A DNA stretch of 64,000 nucleotides from positions 384,001-448,000 of the forward strand of contig CBDBKE010000003.1 of the NCBI GenBank assembly GCA_965206645.1, read 5' to 3'. A program made the position numbers and the translations under genes. Shown one piece after another: positions 48,425-60,083 of the stretch. A model generated the notes under the pieces. It was not told where the DNA came from and searched no databases. It saw only the letters and a program-made list of their open reading frames with translations. The DNA is from Terriglobia bacterium (GTDB taxonomy: Bacteria; Acidobacteriota; Terriglobia; JAJPHL01; JAPKYU01). Numbering within the stretch: the first letter of the stretch is position 1; each line of letters starts with the position of its first letter.

Positions 48425-51400
48425 ACGCGTCGACGGCAGGGTTGCCAAAGCCGGGGGCCAACTGGTCTTTCTTTTGTCGAAGGACGGCGGCAATTTGATC
48501 CTTGACGAATAGCTGCTTCAATTCGGCGCTTCTTCCGGCTCTGCTTGCAAAACTTCTTGTCCGCAACATTCTCATGTCTCGCCCTTTCGCCATCCGTGCC
48601 CTTGTTGCCTGGTCTCCAGCCCAGCGTTTCACCCACACATCGGTCTGAGCCTCTTGGATCGCCTTCAGGTGGCCGATCAACTCATCGTACAGCGCTTCGA
48701 GTTCCGCGATCTGCTCGGCAACCTCTTGGCGCACCCGTTCCGGATCGCGTTGGGGCGCCGCTTGAGTCTGAGACGATCTATGCACCGCTGGGCGGCCCAC
48801 GCCCCAGCGATAGTTGAGCCGCACGTAGATGTTAGTGCCGTTGAACCCGAAGGGCGAGAACTGGCCGTAGTAATTGCCGACCGTCCGGATGCCAAACTCG
48901 TTCACGTCGGGGTAAGTATTCAGCAAGTTCTCCCCGCCGATGGCCAGAGCAACGTTTTTCCCGAGCGGGATCCCGAGCTCGACATCGAGCAGCGCCTTGC
49001 CGCCATAGGACGGGTACAGCCACGACTCGGACACGACACCCAAGTCAGCCGCGTTCCGCCCGTCCTCGCTGTCCCAGAACTGACCGAAGTAGTTCAAGCG
49101 GCCCATGAGATTCCATCGGCCGGCGTCGTGATTGACGTTGAAGCTCCACCGCGTGTTCGGCAGCCCCCGTTCCAGCGTAGTGATGCGGAACTGGTCGATC
49201 ACGGAAGATTCGATGTTCTTGACCTCTGTATCCGTGTAGTTGTAGATCGCACTGAACGTCGTGCGCCCCTTCACCAGCGTCGAGATCAGGTCGACGCCCT
49301 GGGTCGTCGTCGAAAAGTCGTTCAAGAAGAACCGGAACACGGGGAAATTCCGTGCTTCTGGAATCCCCTCCGCCAGCAACGTCTCGATCTCGTCATCCGA
49401 CAATTTGATTTCCTGGGCCAGGGCGACGCGGTCGTCGATGTCGACCCGGAAATAGTCCGCGGTGAAGGTGAACGGGCCCTTCTCGAGGACGACGCCCGCG
49501 CTGTAGTTGCGCGATGTCTCCGGTTGGAGCTGGCCTCCGCCCCGCGCCATGGCCACGGCTGAGGTAGCCGGAACCACACCTTGGTTGGTCAGTTGCCCGC
49601 CGATAAAGGCGGTCGTCACGTTGAACGCGTTCTGTTGCCCCGGCGTCGGCGCCCGAAACCCGGTGCTGACGGCGCCGCGCAGCGCGGCCATGCCGGTCAG
49701 CTTGAGGCGCCCGGAGACCTTGTAGTTGACCGTCTTGCCGAAGTCGTCGAAGTTCTCGAACCGGACGGCCGTGCCGAGCGTCCACCGGCCCGGGTCGCTG
49801 AACTCAACGTCGCCATAGACGGCGATGTTGCTACGGCTCCAGGTTCCCGCCGTCGTGTCGGCCCGGTAGCCGTTGAAGCCGTTCGAACCGGAACTGAAGC
49901 CCTGCGCGGCATACGGACCGATCTCCCACGACGGCTGATCGCCGGCGCCAATCGTGAACTCCTCCCTCCTCCACTCCGCGCCGGCGGCCAAGTGCACGAG
50001 ATCGTTGAGGGGGTAGGAAACGTCGAAGTTGAGATTGGTTTCCTTCTGCCGATAGACGCCGGGCCGGAACGACGTCGGCGTGTCGAAACCGAGCGACGCA
50101 TTGACCGTATCGAAAATGAACTGATCGATCTCGCTGGTGCCGATGCTGGCGCTCGCGTCCCAGGTGAAGCCGTTGCTGGCGAACCCGCGCAGACCGCCGA
50201 CCAGCGAGTAGTCGATCAGATCCCCGCCGAACTGCGGAGTGAATCCTCCAGGAAACCGGTTGTGGAGAGTGAAGCAGTTCGGGTCGGCCTCGACTGCGGA
50301 GAGAGCGCCTGCGTCGGGGACGTTGTCGACGATCGGGATGATGGGGCAGCCGCCGGCGCCCGGCTCGCGTCCGGGAGGAGGAACCTTGCTGGTGGGCGCG
50401 GTATCGGCCCAGACCCGGTCGCCGACGAGCAGCGTACGGTTTCCGTCGACCACGGGACCGCGAAAAACCCCGCCCCGCGTGTGTGGATTCCGGAAGTAAA
50501 AGCCCCCGGTCACCTTGCGGGACGCGTAGTTGCCGTGACCGTAGAGTTGATAACGATCGTCGAACAGATGGCCGAAGTTTGCGAACAGCTTGAAGTCGTG
50601 GTTGATTCTCGGCGATCCCCAAACCTGCGCCGTGTCGCGCAGATTCGTATTGCCCGCGTTGATGATGTCCGACGCGTCCTGGCGCTGGATGGCGCGGTTG
50701 GTCGGCTCGGCGGTGCCGTACTCCATGCTGATGTTGCCGAAACCGTTCGCTCCCAGCGGCACCCCGACGTTGCCGGCTACAGAAAACGTCCGGCCGCGTC
50801 CGCCGATTCCGTTACACGAGTGCTTGATGTCACCGATGATGCCCGACCCGCACGTCTCCGGGTTCCCCGAATTGGCATCGAAGAAGCCCCCGGTTTGGAC
50901 TTCCAGGCTGCCTCCCGAGGGATCGTTCTTCAGTTGAAAGTTCATGACTCCGGCGATGGCGTCCGAGCCGTATTGCGCCGCCGCGCCGTCGCGCAGCACC
51001 TCAACCTGCCGAATGGCAATCGATGGAATGATGGAGAGGTCCGGTCCCTGCGAGCCGTCGGCGATGCCATTTCCCAGCCAAGTGATGACCGCCGAGCGGT
51101 GGCGGCGCTTTCCGTTGACTAGGACCAGCGTGTGGTCGGGCGCTAGGTTGCGCAAGTTAGCCGGACGGACGACGGTCCCCGCATCGCTGATCGGCTGAGT
51201 GCTGATGTTGAAGGAGGGGATGACAGTCCGCAACTGGGATACCAAATCCCTGCTACCCTGTCTAGCGAGGTCCTCGGCACGGATGACGTCCACGGGCACG
51301 GTGGACGCGGTCACCGACCGTGGCTCGGCGCGGCTACCGACGACCACGACGGACTGGGCGACGGCGGCCAATTCGAGCGTAAAGTTTCGCAGGACCGATT

Positions 51401-51695
51401 GGCCGGCAATCAGTTCGACGTCATCGGCGATGCCAGTCTCGAAGCCGGGATTCTCAGCCGTAATCGTGTAGACCCCGGGCTCTAGAGTCAATTCGTATGC
51501 GCCGTCGGCATCCGTCGAACCGGTCACCTCGGCTCCGGTGGCGTTGTTGGTCGCCGTTATTTCCGCGCCTGTGATGACTGAGCCGGAATCATCGGTTACC
51601 TCTCCGCGCAAGGTAGCCGTTTGCTGAGCGTACGCGACTCCGGAAACCCCAACCAGGAGCAACATGATTATGACAACAAGACTTCTTTGGAACAT
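48333..51695 (-). CDS. TonB-dependent receptor with N-terminal carboxypeptidase-like domain and atypical C-terminal extension
   Basis: [56 protein letters not shown]. Confidence 0.93.
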   Translation of the reverse strand: MFQRSLVVIIMLLLVGVSGVAYAQQTATLRGEVTDDSGSVITGAEITATNNATGAEVTGSTDADGAYELTLEPGVYTITAENPGFETGIADDVELIAGQSVLRNFTLELAAVAQSVVVVGSRAEPRSVTASTVPVDVIRAEDLARQGSRDLVSQLRTVIPSFNISTQPISDAGTVVRPANLRNLAPDHTLVLVNGKRRHRSAVITWLGNGIADGSQGPDLSIIPSIAIRQVEVLRDGAAAQYGSDAIAGVMNFQLKNDPSGGSLEVQTGGFFDANSGNPETCGSGIIGDIKHSCNGIGGRGRTFSVAGNVGVPLGANGFGNISMEYGTAEPTNRAIQRQDASDIINAGNTNLRDTAQVWGSPRINHDFKLFANFGHLFDDRYQLYGHGNYASRKVTGGFYFRNPHTRGGVFRGPVVDGNRTLLVGDRVWADTAPTSKVPPPGREPGAGGCPIIPIVDNVPDAGALSAVEADPNCFTLHNRFPGGFTPQFGGDLIDYSLVGGLRGFASNGFTWDASASIGTSEIDQFIFDTVNASLGFDTPTSFRPGVYRQKETNLNFDVSYPLNDLVHLAAGAEWRREEFTIGAGDQPSWEIGPYAAQGFSSGSNGFNGYRADTTAGTWSRSNIAVYGDVEFSDPGRWTLGTAVRFENFDDFGKTVNYKVSGRLKLTGMAALRGAVSTGFRAPTPGQQNAFNVTTAFIGGQLTNQGVVPATSAVAMARGGGQLQPETSRNYSAGVVLEKGPFTFTADYFRVDIDDRVALAQEIKLSDDEIETLLAEGIPEARNFPVFRFFLNDFSTTTQGVDLISTLVKGRTTFSAIYNYTDTEVKNIESSVIDQFRITTLERGLPNTRWSFNVNHDAGRWNLMGRLNYFGQFWDSEDGRNAADLGVVSESWLYPSYGGKALLDVELGIPLGKNVALAIGGENLLNTYPDVNEFGIRTVGNYYGQFSPFGFNGTNIYVRLNYRWGVGRPAVHRSSQTQAAPQRDPERVRQEVAEQIAELEALYDELIGHLKAIQEAQTDVWVKRWAGDQATRARMAKGRDMRMLRTRSFASRAGRSAELKQLFVKDQIAAVLRQKKDQLAPGFGNPAVDAWLRSLTTQLGALPAGRVEASSRGSLRSSGL

Positions 51696-51732
51696 GGTCA
51701 ACTCCCAAACATAGAGATAATGAACAGCTCAC

Positions 51733-51786
51733 GTATTGCAATACATAAGTATTGTACTCATCCAGTAGGTGTACTCGTCCAGTGGA
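51733..51786. promoter_or_regulatory. Palindrome GTATTGCAATAC plus 17-bp direct repeat upstream of the receptor gene
   Basis: tgtactcatccagtagg / tgtactcgtccagtgga. Confidence 0.45.
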
Positions 51787-51840
51787 TTAGTGACACTTTG
51801 GCTCCTTGGAAAGGGATTGGTTTTGGGTGAGGAACTCAAG

Positions 51841-52562
51841 CCAGGATTTCCATTTTGTCCCTAACACGGCGACAATTATACACCCGCGCTGCCCCGAATA
51901 CCACCTCTCTTCGCGCTGAACCCTGCACATCACCTCCGCCGGTAGGCGCCAGGGCTCGTCCGTCCGCTCACAGACGTTGCTTGAGCGGGCTGAACGGTGC
52001 TCCGGCCGACAATGCTCCCTGCGAAACCTTTTTGGAGCCAAAAACTGTTGATCCTCACCCGGTCAACGCTACCCACCCGGCACAGGCAGCGCCCAGATCC
52101 GTCGCAGCATGTCGCCGAACAGCCGCCGGTTCAGATACCCCTCGGCCAGCAGCAGCCAGTAATACCGCGCGTGCTTGACCAGCCGACCGCCGGTCTTCAT
52201 CAACCTGTGTTGCAAGCTCGTCAGCGACCAACTCTTGATCCTGTTCGGCAGTCCGAGCCGTCGCCACAAGTTGCCCAGGTTGCAGGCGATGATCGTCAGC
52301 CAAAGCCGTACCTCGTTAGATCGGAACTTGTGGCAACTGAGCCGCGTCATCTTCACCGCCTGCTTGCCTTCCTTGATCCACTGTTCTGCGGTGCCGCGCT
52401 TGTTATAGAACCGCACCACCGCCCGATTCGGCAGCGTCAGATTCGTTACAATGAACCCCACTCGCGGGAACAACTCCCCGGAATGATGCTCTACTTTCGC
52501 CACCACCCTTCGAGCCGTCTTCCAACCGGCTGCCTGGTACAAGAACCCCTTGTGCTCGACCA
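51841..52562 (-). mobile_element. IS1380 family 3' remnant (divergent), truncated by IS3
   Basis: C-terminal 164 aa similar to the full copies; IR ccaggatttccattttg at 51841. Confidence 0.88.
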
Positions 52563-52629
52563 TGACCTGACCTGCACTTTTTGTACCAAGTGGAAAGAGA
52601 GAGAATCCACTTGAGGAGGAAGTGAGGTC

Positions 52630-52908
52630 ATGCCGACAAGGAGTTACAAGCCGGAGCAGATTGTAGCGGTGCTACGGCAGATAGAAGTGCAGATGGGGAA
52701 CGGGAAGACTGCGCCCCAAGCCTGCAAAGAAGCTGGAATCCACACCCAAACCTACTACCGGTGGCGGAAGGAATACGGCGGGCTGAAGGTGGTGCAGGCA
52801 AAACGGCTAAAGGAGTTGGAGAAGGAAAACACGCGGCTGAAGCGGTTGGTAGCGGAGCTTTCTCTGGAGAAGCAGGTGCTGCGGGATGTGGCACAGGGAA
52901 ACTTCTGA
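52630..52908 (+). CDS. IS3 transposase OrfA
   Basis: Protein identical to 35378..35656. Confidence 0.9.
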   Translation: MPTRSYKPEQIVAVLRQIEVQMGNGKTAPQACKEAGIHTQTYYRWRKEYGGLKVVQAKRLKELEKENTRLKRLVAELSLEKQVLRDVAQGNF

Positions 52909-53762
52909 GCCCTGAGCGGCGGCGTTGTGCGGTGGAGCGTGCGTGGGAGCAACACGGGTTGTCGGAACGGCATGCCTGCCGGCTGCTGGGGCAATGGCGA
53001 GGGACACAACGATACGAGCCGATTCATCGGGTGGACGAGGATGCTCTGACCCGAGCGATCATTGCCCTGGGAGCGAACTACGGGCGATATGGCTACCGGA
53101 GGATCACAGCGTTGCTGCGGAGTGCGGGCTGGGAAGTGGGCAAGGACCGGGTGCAGCGGATTTGGCGGCGGGAAGGGCTGAAAGTGCCGCAAAAACAAAG
53201 GCCGCGAGGACGGCTGTGGCTGAACGACGGTTCCTGTGTACGACTGAGGCCGGAGCGACCGAACCACGTGTGGAGCTACGACTTCATGAGTGCCAGAACG
53301 CACGAGGGGAGAACGCTGCGGCTGCTGACCTTGCTGGATGAGTACACGCGGGAATGCCTGGCGATCCGGGTGGAGCGGAGGATGGGCAGCCAACAAATCA
53401 TTGAGGCGTTGTCGGACGTGATGTTGTGGCGAGGGATACCGGAACAGATTCGATCCGACAATGGTCCCGAGTTCATCGCCAAACAACTGCGCCAGTGGTT
53501 GGCAAATCTAGGGACCGGGACACTGTACATCGAACCGGGCAGTCCCTGGGAGAACGGGTACTGCGAGAGTTTCAATGGGAAGCTGCGGGACGAATGCCTG
53601 AATGGAGAGATCTTCTACTCGTTGAAGGAGGCACAGGTGGTGATTGAACAGTGGAGGGTGCAATACAACACGGTGCGGCCGCACTCGGCGCTCGGCTATA
53701 GGCCCCCGGCGCCGGGGGCCTATAGAGTCTGTGTGAAAACCGCTCTTGCGAGTCACGTATAA
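52905..53762 (+). CDS. IS3 transposase OrfB (C-terminus replaced by IS1182 sequence)
   Basis: DDE motifs as in copy 1. Confidence 0.88.
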   Translation: MSPERRRCAVERAWEQHGLSERHACRLLGQWRGTQRYEPIHRVDEDALTRAIIALGANYGRYGYRRITALLRSAGWEVGKDRVQRIWRREGLKVPQKQRPRGRLWLNDGSCVRLRPERPNHVWSYDFMSARTHEGRTLRLLTLLDEYTRECLAIRVERRMGSQQIIEALSDVMLWRGIPEQIRSDNGPEFIAKQLRQWLANLGTGTLYIEPGSPWENGYCESFNGKLRDECLNGEIFYSLKEAQVVIEQWRVQYNTVRPHSALGYRPPAPGAYRVCVKTALASHV

Positions 53763-55118
53763 TGCGCCTTAAGGGGGCGCGATGAAATTCTTGACCTACA
53801 ACCCGGAGCAAGCGTATCTGCTACCGCCCAGCGTGCGGGAGGTGCTGGGAGAAGATCACATCTGTTTTTTTGTGCACCAAGTCGTGGAGCGGCTGGAACT
53901 GAGTGCGTTTGAGCAGGGCTACGTGGAAGAAGGCCGCCCGGCCTATCATCCGGCGCTGTTGCTGAAGGTGTGGCTGTATGCCTACGCGCTGGGCGTGACC
54001 TCGGCCCGCCGTCTGGAACAGCGGGTGCGGGAGGACCTGGCGTTCCGTTATCTGGCGGCCGGAGCGGGGCCGGACTTTTGGACGCTGAACCAGTTTCGGA
54101 CGCGGCACGCCCGTGCCCTGAACGATCTGTTCACACAGGTGGTGGAGTTGGCGCGGTCGCTGGGGATGGGGCGGCTGGGACACGTGGCCATGGACTCGAC
54201 GCGGGTGGCGGCCAACGCCTCGCAGGACCGGGTGGAGACGGTGGCCAAGTTGAGGGCAGAGCGAGCCAAAATTCGGCGGCAGATTCGTCGCTGGCAGAAA
54301 CAATGTGACACGCAGTCCTGCGAGGAAGCGGCTGGCCAGCAACTGAGCGGCAAGCAGATGGCAGCGCTGGAGAAGCGGCTGGAAGAAATCCCGCGATGCC
54401 TGGAGCGGTTGCGCAAAAGCGGGCTGAAGCGGCGTTCGGAAACCGATCCCGACAGCCGGTTTTTGCGCGACCGCAAGGGATTCACGCTGGGTTACACGGC
54501 GGAGGTGGCGGTCAGCGAAGATCATCTGATTGTCGAGCAGCACGTGGGGCAAAACGCCACCGACAACGCGACGCTGGTCCCTCTGGTGGAGGCGGTCGAG
54601 CGGCGCTGCCGGGAACGCCCGCAGAAGGTCAGCGCCGACAGCGGCTTCTTTTGCTTGGAGACCATCGTGGAACTGGCCCAGCGTGGCCTGGACGTCTATG
54701 TGCCCGACTCGAACTTGGCGCGGGAACTGAACCGAGGCCAACGCGCGCCCGGAGCACCTGCTGTACGGCATCCGGAACATCGGCGAATGCGACGCAAGCT
54801 GCGCGACCCGGCCGGCCGGGCGGTTTATCAGCGGCGCAAGGCGATCGTGGAACCAGTGATCGGGGTTTTGAAAGAACAGCGTGGAATGCGGCAGTTCCGG
54901 CGGCGGGGCCTGGAGAAGGTCGCGGTGGAGTTCGCGCTGGCCGCAACGGCCTTCAACCTCACCCGCCTGTGGCGCAACAAACCGAAGCTAAATCAGGAAG
55001 GCTAGTTCAGCAGACTCCCGGACCGGCGACTCGGCGAAGATCGAAACACCAGAATTCTGGAGCGAATCATGATCCCTTTTGATTTCCAGCCAGCTAAACC
55101 GAGTTTCCACACAGGCTC
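53725..55118 (+). mobile_element. IS1182 family element, copy B (1394 bp)
   Basis: Reverse complement of copy A; TATA duplication. Confidence 0.92.
53782..55005 (+). CDS. IS1182 family transposase
   Basis: Protein identical to 36586..37809. Confidence 0.92.
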   Translation: MKFLTYNPEQAYLLPPSVREVLGEDHICFFVHQVVERLELSAFEQGYVEEGRPAYHPALLLKVWLYAYALGVTSARRLEQRVREDLAFRYLAAGAGPDFWTLNQFRTRHARALNDLFTQVVELARSLGMGRLGHVAMDSTRVAANASQDRVETVAKLRAERAKIRRQIRRWQKQCDTQSCEEAAGQQLSGKQMAALEKRLEEIPRCLERLRKSGLKRRSETDPDSRFLRDRKGFTLGYTAEVAVSEDHLIVEQHVGQNATDNATLVPLVEAVERRCRERPQKVSADSGFFCLETIVELAQRGLDVYVPDSNLARELNRGQRAPGAPAVRHPEHRRMRRKLRDPAGRAVYQRRKAIVEPVIGVLKEQRGMRQFRRRGLEKVAVEFALAATAFNLTRLWRNKPKLNQEG

Positions 55119-55210
55119 TATAGCCCTCCCCTGCCACTGAAACCAGTTTCACAGCCCCAGGCTGCGATGTGAACTCTCACTACGGTTGGTACAAAAAATC
55201 GGTCTGGTCA

Positions 55211-55408
55211 GGACGACCTCAGAAACCAAAGCACTTGAAGCGCGGCACGATCTTCCCTGTGAAGTGCACACGGGCCGAGTTGCGCCGATTCAAGGCGTTG
55301 GCTTCCTCGGTGCGGGTTCCACTTGCAGAACTGATGCGGGAAGGAGCACGGTTCTACGCTCGGCGGCTAAAGAAGAGAAAAGGCGAGTCGAGAAAGGAGG
55401 AACGATGA
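55211..55408 (+). pseudogene. Small DNA-binding protein (RHH-like), 5'-truncated by IS3
   Basis: GRP...IFPVKCTRAELRRFKALA....PLAELMRE; stop overlaps the integrase ATG. Confidence 0.5.
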
Positions 55409-56595
55409 AGACTCGCCGTAGTTTCCAAAATGGCTATGTGACAGATCGTAGGGGTAAGTGGATTATTCGCTGGAGGGAGCGCGTAGTGAAGGACGGGAAG
55501 CTGGCGTGGGCACACCGTCTCGAGACGCTCAGGTCTACCAGTTCGATGACCAAAGGCGAAGCCAGAAAAATCCTGCTAGAACGGCTGGACGAACTCAATC
55601 CGCTTGCCCATTTCCCGGCTCGGGAAACAACGCTGGAGCAACTGGTGAGACGTTGGGAGCAGGAATCGTTGCCCAACAAATCACTGCCCACACAAGCAGG
55701 ATACCGGAAGCTGCTTAAGAAGCACATCCTTGCCGGGGATGGGTTGGCGCTGGTATGTTTGCGGCCACCTGATCTTTCTCCGGGGCTGGTTCAACGTTTT
55801 GTCAGCCGCAAGACTGAAGCGGGGCTTTCGCCACAGACGGTGCGTAACATTTATCACCTGCTGCGCTCGATCTTGCGCTTCGGCATACGTCTCAAGCTAC
55901 TCAGGGAAAACCCATCAAACGGTGTAGAACTGCCTAAGAAGGTGGGGCCTCGTCAAGAGCGGGCTGTGTACACACCGGAGCAAGTCAGCGCCATTTTGAC
56001 GGCGTTCGAGCAACAGGACGATTTACTGTCCCGAACTCTAATTCTGTGCGTCTACTTTACGGGTCTTCGCCGCTCAGAATTATGCGGTTTACGGTGGCAA
56101 GACGCAGACCTCCAAAGGAAGGAGATTCGACCGCAGCGGGCGGTATGGAACGGGCTGGAATGCGACCTGAAGAGCGCAGCCAGCTATTCTGCCTTACCTA
56201 TCCCTGAAATTCTCAGGGATGCCCTCCTCGAACTGCGGCTACGTAGCAGGTTTGCGAATCCCTGTGACCCGGTCTTCGTGGGGCCCGGTGGCAAGCCTAT
56301 GATCCTCGCGAATTGGGTGAGACGAAAGTTGCGTCCTGTTCTTCGACAACTGGCTTTGCCCATGGGTGCTCTTCACAGTTTCCGGCATCCCCGGAGCACT
56401 CGGCTGAATTTCCTTGGCGTTGACCCGCGTACGCTTCAGGCACTAAATCGCCATGCGGATGTGGGGGTGACGTTCAAGCATTACACGCACCTGGTTCCAG
56501 GGGTCCAACGGCAGGCTGTGGATCTCATGGAGGCGGAGTTTCTGGCAGCCCGCGGGAACTCGTGCTCCACTGGTGCTCAAGAGAGGTTGGTTTAG
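55405..56595 (+). CDS. Tyrosine recombinase/integrase
   Basis: AGGAGG RBS; TGLRRSELCGLRW, LKS, HSFRH, RHAD....HYTH. Confidence 0.92.
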   Translation: MKTRRSFQNGYVTDRRGKWIIRWRERVVKDGKLAWAHRLETLRSTSSMTKGEARKILLERLDELNPLAHFPARETTLEQLVRRWEQESLPNKSLPTQAGYRKLLKKHILAGDGLALVCLRPPDLSPGLVQRFVSRKTEAGLSPQTVRNIYHLLRSILRFGIRLKLLRENPSNGVELPKKVGPRQERAVYTPEQVSAILTAFEQQDDLLSRTLILCVYFTGLRRSELCGLRWQDADLQRKEIRPQRAVWNGLECDLKSAASYSALPIPEILRDALLELRLRSRFANPCDPVFVGPGGKPMILANWVRRKLRPVLRQLALPMGALHSFRHPRSTRLNFLGVDPRTLQALNRHADVGVTFKHYTHLVPGVQRQAVDLMEAEFLAARGNSCSTGAQERLV

Positions 56596-56631
56596 GTTGC
56601 TCTCGGAGCTAAACTATTGATACCAAAGCAT

Positions 56632-56708
56632 GCCCCTGTAGCTCAGATGGACAGAGCAGCGGTTTCCTAAACCGTTGGTCGGGAGTTCGAGTCTCCCCAG
56701 GGGCGCCA
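56632..56708 (+). tRNA. tRNA-Arg(CCT)
   Basis: Acceptor gcccctg/caggggc, anticodon arm gcggt-ttCCTaa-accgt, GTTCGA, encoded CCA. Confidence 0.95.
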
Positions 56709-56843
56709 CATCTTTCAATCGGTCGGTTCCGGGGCTCCCAAAGACATTCAACTAGCGGCTAGGGCAAGATGAGACTAGCCAGGTCACCGCGTTGACTTGC
56801 CTGTGGGTGGGGCGTAGCATGGCCGGCTGGGGGCGTCCTTACC

Positions 56844-59800
56844 ATGATCGGTCAGACACTGGGCCACTACCACATCCTGGAGAAGCTCGGTGGGGGCGGG
56901 ATGGGTGTCGTCTACAAGGCCGAGGACACGAGGCTGGGACGCCACGTCGCCCTGAAGTTCCTGCCCGAGGAGCTCTCCAAGGATCGCCCGGCGCTTGACC
57001 GCTTCCACCGCGAGGCCCGCGCCGCCTCGGCTCTGAATCATCCCAACATCTGCACCATTCATGACATTGACGAATACAAAGGCCAGCAATTCATGGTCAT
57101 GGAGCTTCTGGAGGGCCAGACGCTGAAGCACCACATTGGCGGCAAGCCGCTGCAGGCCGAGCAGGTGCTGGAGCTCGGGGTTCAGATCGCCGATGCGCTC
57201 GAGGCAGCCCACGCCAAGGGGATCGTGCATCGCGACATCAAGCCGGCCAATATCTTTGTGACTCCGCGGGGCCAGGTTAAGGTGCTGGACTTCGGCCTGG
57301 CCAAGCTGGCGCCCCAAAGCCAGCGGGTGGGTGAAGCAATGGGAGCCTCGGCTTCCGACACCTGCCTCACACTCGACGAGGCTCTGACCAGCCCGGGCAC
57401 ATTTCTCGGCACAGTAGCCTACACCTCCCCGGAGCAAGTGCGTGGCGAAGAAGTCGATGCACGCTCGGACCTGTTTTCCTTCGGCTTGGTGCTCTATGAA
57501 ATGGCCACGGGCCAGCTGGCGTTCACAGGCAACACCTCTGGAGTCATCCTGGAAGCGATTCTCAACAAAGCGCCGGCATCCCCCCTGCACTTAAACTCTA
57601 AACTGCCACCCAAACTGGAAGAGGTCATCAACAAGGCGCTGGAGAAAGACCCTAAGTTCCGTTCTCAGACAGCTTCGGAATTGCGCGCTGACTTGCAGCG
57701 TCTGAAACGCGACACGGACTCGGGGCTGGCAGCGGCTCTGCTGGCCTCCGACACACGCCCGCCTGCGGGGGCTCGTCGTGGGCGCAAGGCCAGGCCAGGG
57801 CGCATTAAGGCGCTGGCGGTACTGCCGCTCGAGAACCTCTCTGGCGACCCCGAACAGGAATACTTCGCCGATGGGATGACCGAGGCGCTGATTACTGACC
57901 TTGCCCAGATCCGAGCGCTGAGGGTGATTTCGCGCACTTCGACGATGCAGTACAAGGGGGCAAAGAAAGCGCTGCTCGAGGTTGCGCGAGAATTGAACGT
58001 GGACGCTGTGGTGGAAGGGTCGGTGCTGCGTTCGGGGGATCGGGTGCGGATCACAGCGGACTTGATCCACGCGGCCACAGATCAGCACCTGTGGGCCAAG
58101 AGCTACGAGCGCGACCTGCGCGACATCCTGTCGCCTTGCAGAGCGAGGTGGCGCGGTCCATTGTTGATGAGATTAAGATCAAACTGACATCACGGGAACG
58201 GACCCACCTAGCCCGTATACGCGCGGTTAACCCCGACGCCCATGAGGCCTATCTCAAGGGCCGCTACCACTGGAACAAGTTTACAGAGGAGGGTTTGAAA
58301 GAAAGCATTGAGTACTTCAAGCGGGCGACTGACATAGACCCAACCAACGCTCTTTCCTACGCCGGGTTGGCCAATAGCTATAGCAAACTTGCGTTGTTCT
58401 CTTACTTGGCTCCCTCGGATGCCTGTCCAAGAGGGAAAGCAGCCGCAACCAAAGCGCTGGAGCTAGATAACAAGCTGGCCGAAGCGCACACCGCATTTGG
58501 CTTGATCAAGTTCTTCTTCGAGTGGGATTGGGCCGGAGCCGAGCAGGAGTTCAAGCATGCCGTGGAACTCAACCCAAACAACGTCGATGCCCTTGTGCCG
58601 TACTCGGAATATTTGCTGTTGACAGGAAGATTTGACGAAGGCATCGCCGCGGGCAAGCGAGCACTCGAACTGGACCCACTCTCACCCCCAGCCAATTTGA
58701 ACCTGGGATGGGCCTACTTCGAGGCACGCCGCTTTGACGCCTCGATTGCTCAAATCAAGAAAACACTAGAGCTGAATCCGGAATTCGCCTATGCGCACAT
58801 GCAACTAGCGTGGAGCTATGCGAAGAAAGAGATGTATGCGGAAGCCATAGTTGAGTCCGACACAGCGCTAGCCCTCTTGGCTGAGGCTGACGATCAACTC
58901 TTGCTAGGTTCGCTCGGATGGGTCTATGGCCTCTCGGGCAGGCCAGGCCAGGCCCTGAAGCTGTTAGACCGATTGGGGAGGTTGTCGAAGCGGAAGTGGG
59001 TTGATCCCTGCTTGGTAGCCCACGTTCATGACGGCCTTGGGGTAAAAGATTACGTTTTCGAGTGTTTGAACAACGCCTATGAGGAACGCTCGGCGGCCCT
59101 GGTCTATTTGAAGGTGTGCCCAACCCTCGACGGTCTTCGCTCCGACCCCCGCTTTGAAGAGCTGTTGCGGCGCATGAAGTTCCAAGATCCGAGCCATGCA
59201 CTGGCTGGCGCCGGGCTGGCCGACTGCCACGCCTCGGTCTTGCAGCTTTGGGCAAGGATTTCACCACGAATACAACAGTCGAAGTGTCTTGAGGATGCCG
59301 CGCAGGAGCTGGCTACGGCGGTGCATACGCAGTTCCATGAATCGATCGTTCTTGCCCGTGTGTTCATAACTGTCCCCTTCTTCGGGTTGCCGTTGGGGAA
59401 CGAAGAGTTCGTTCGTAGCCTGGCTGGATCGGCTGGGGCCGCCACTGAGTTAAGGGCCACCACTCCTGTTCTCTCACTCGCAGGGACTCACGGCCAAGAA
59501 TCAGACTGGAACGACCGCCGCCGGTCCAAACGGCATATGGGAATACCGTTGATTTCATCGGCTTTCGTGGACGGTATTCCAATGATCTCCCGCCTGCTCA
59601 AGGATCTTGGAGTACCCTTGCAGTGGATCGACAGCCACGACGCAGCAATCATAAGAGCGACAGTGGGGCGTTCGTTTGGCTTGTTCTTCGTGGAGGAGGC
59701 TGCTGGGGCCAGCGATCACAAAGGCCGAAAGGTCATCCCAGAGCAGGACTTTGTGTCCACCTATAAGGTGAAAAGTGTCTTTGGTACTGGCGGTGCCTAT

Positions 59801-59944
59801 GCGGGTGGCCAGATCGTCGTCATGATTATATTCTGCCGCGACGTTTTATCACGCGCTGCGGTCGAACCTTTCTTAGTGCTGACGGACTTGTTCCAGCAGC
59901 AGACCAGATCCCTCGTGGAAACCTCAAGAATTTTCGCTGAGTGA
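56844..59944 (+). pseudogene. Ser/Thr kinase-TolB-like-TPR protein with extra C-terminal domain, frameshifted near 58130
   Basis: [30 protein letters not shown]; RDIL continues as ALQSEVA in another frame. Confidence 0.88.
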
Positions 59945-60083
59945 TAAAAGCTCAAGCTTTGCAAGCCGGATCTGAGCTTGAGGCGACAGAGCGACCGGAG
60001 AGGATGTATCCTTTCTTCGGTCGCAGGCAAGAGCGGGCGCCTGACACCGCGCCGGAGCAAACAGCCGCCCCGTCGAATCTCGC

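Larger units (their letters stand above)
52563..55210 (+). mobile_element. IS3 copy 3 with nested IS1182
   Basis: Same IRs as copy 1; flanks ACCA/GGAC do not match. Confidence 0.93.

Noticed and set aside
49581-51122. 513-aa plus-strand ORF
   Set aside because: Antisense to the TonB receptor; no motifs.
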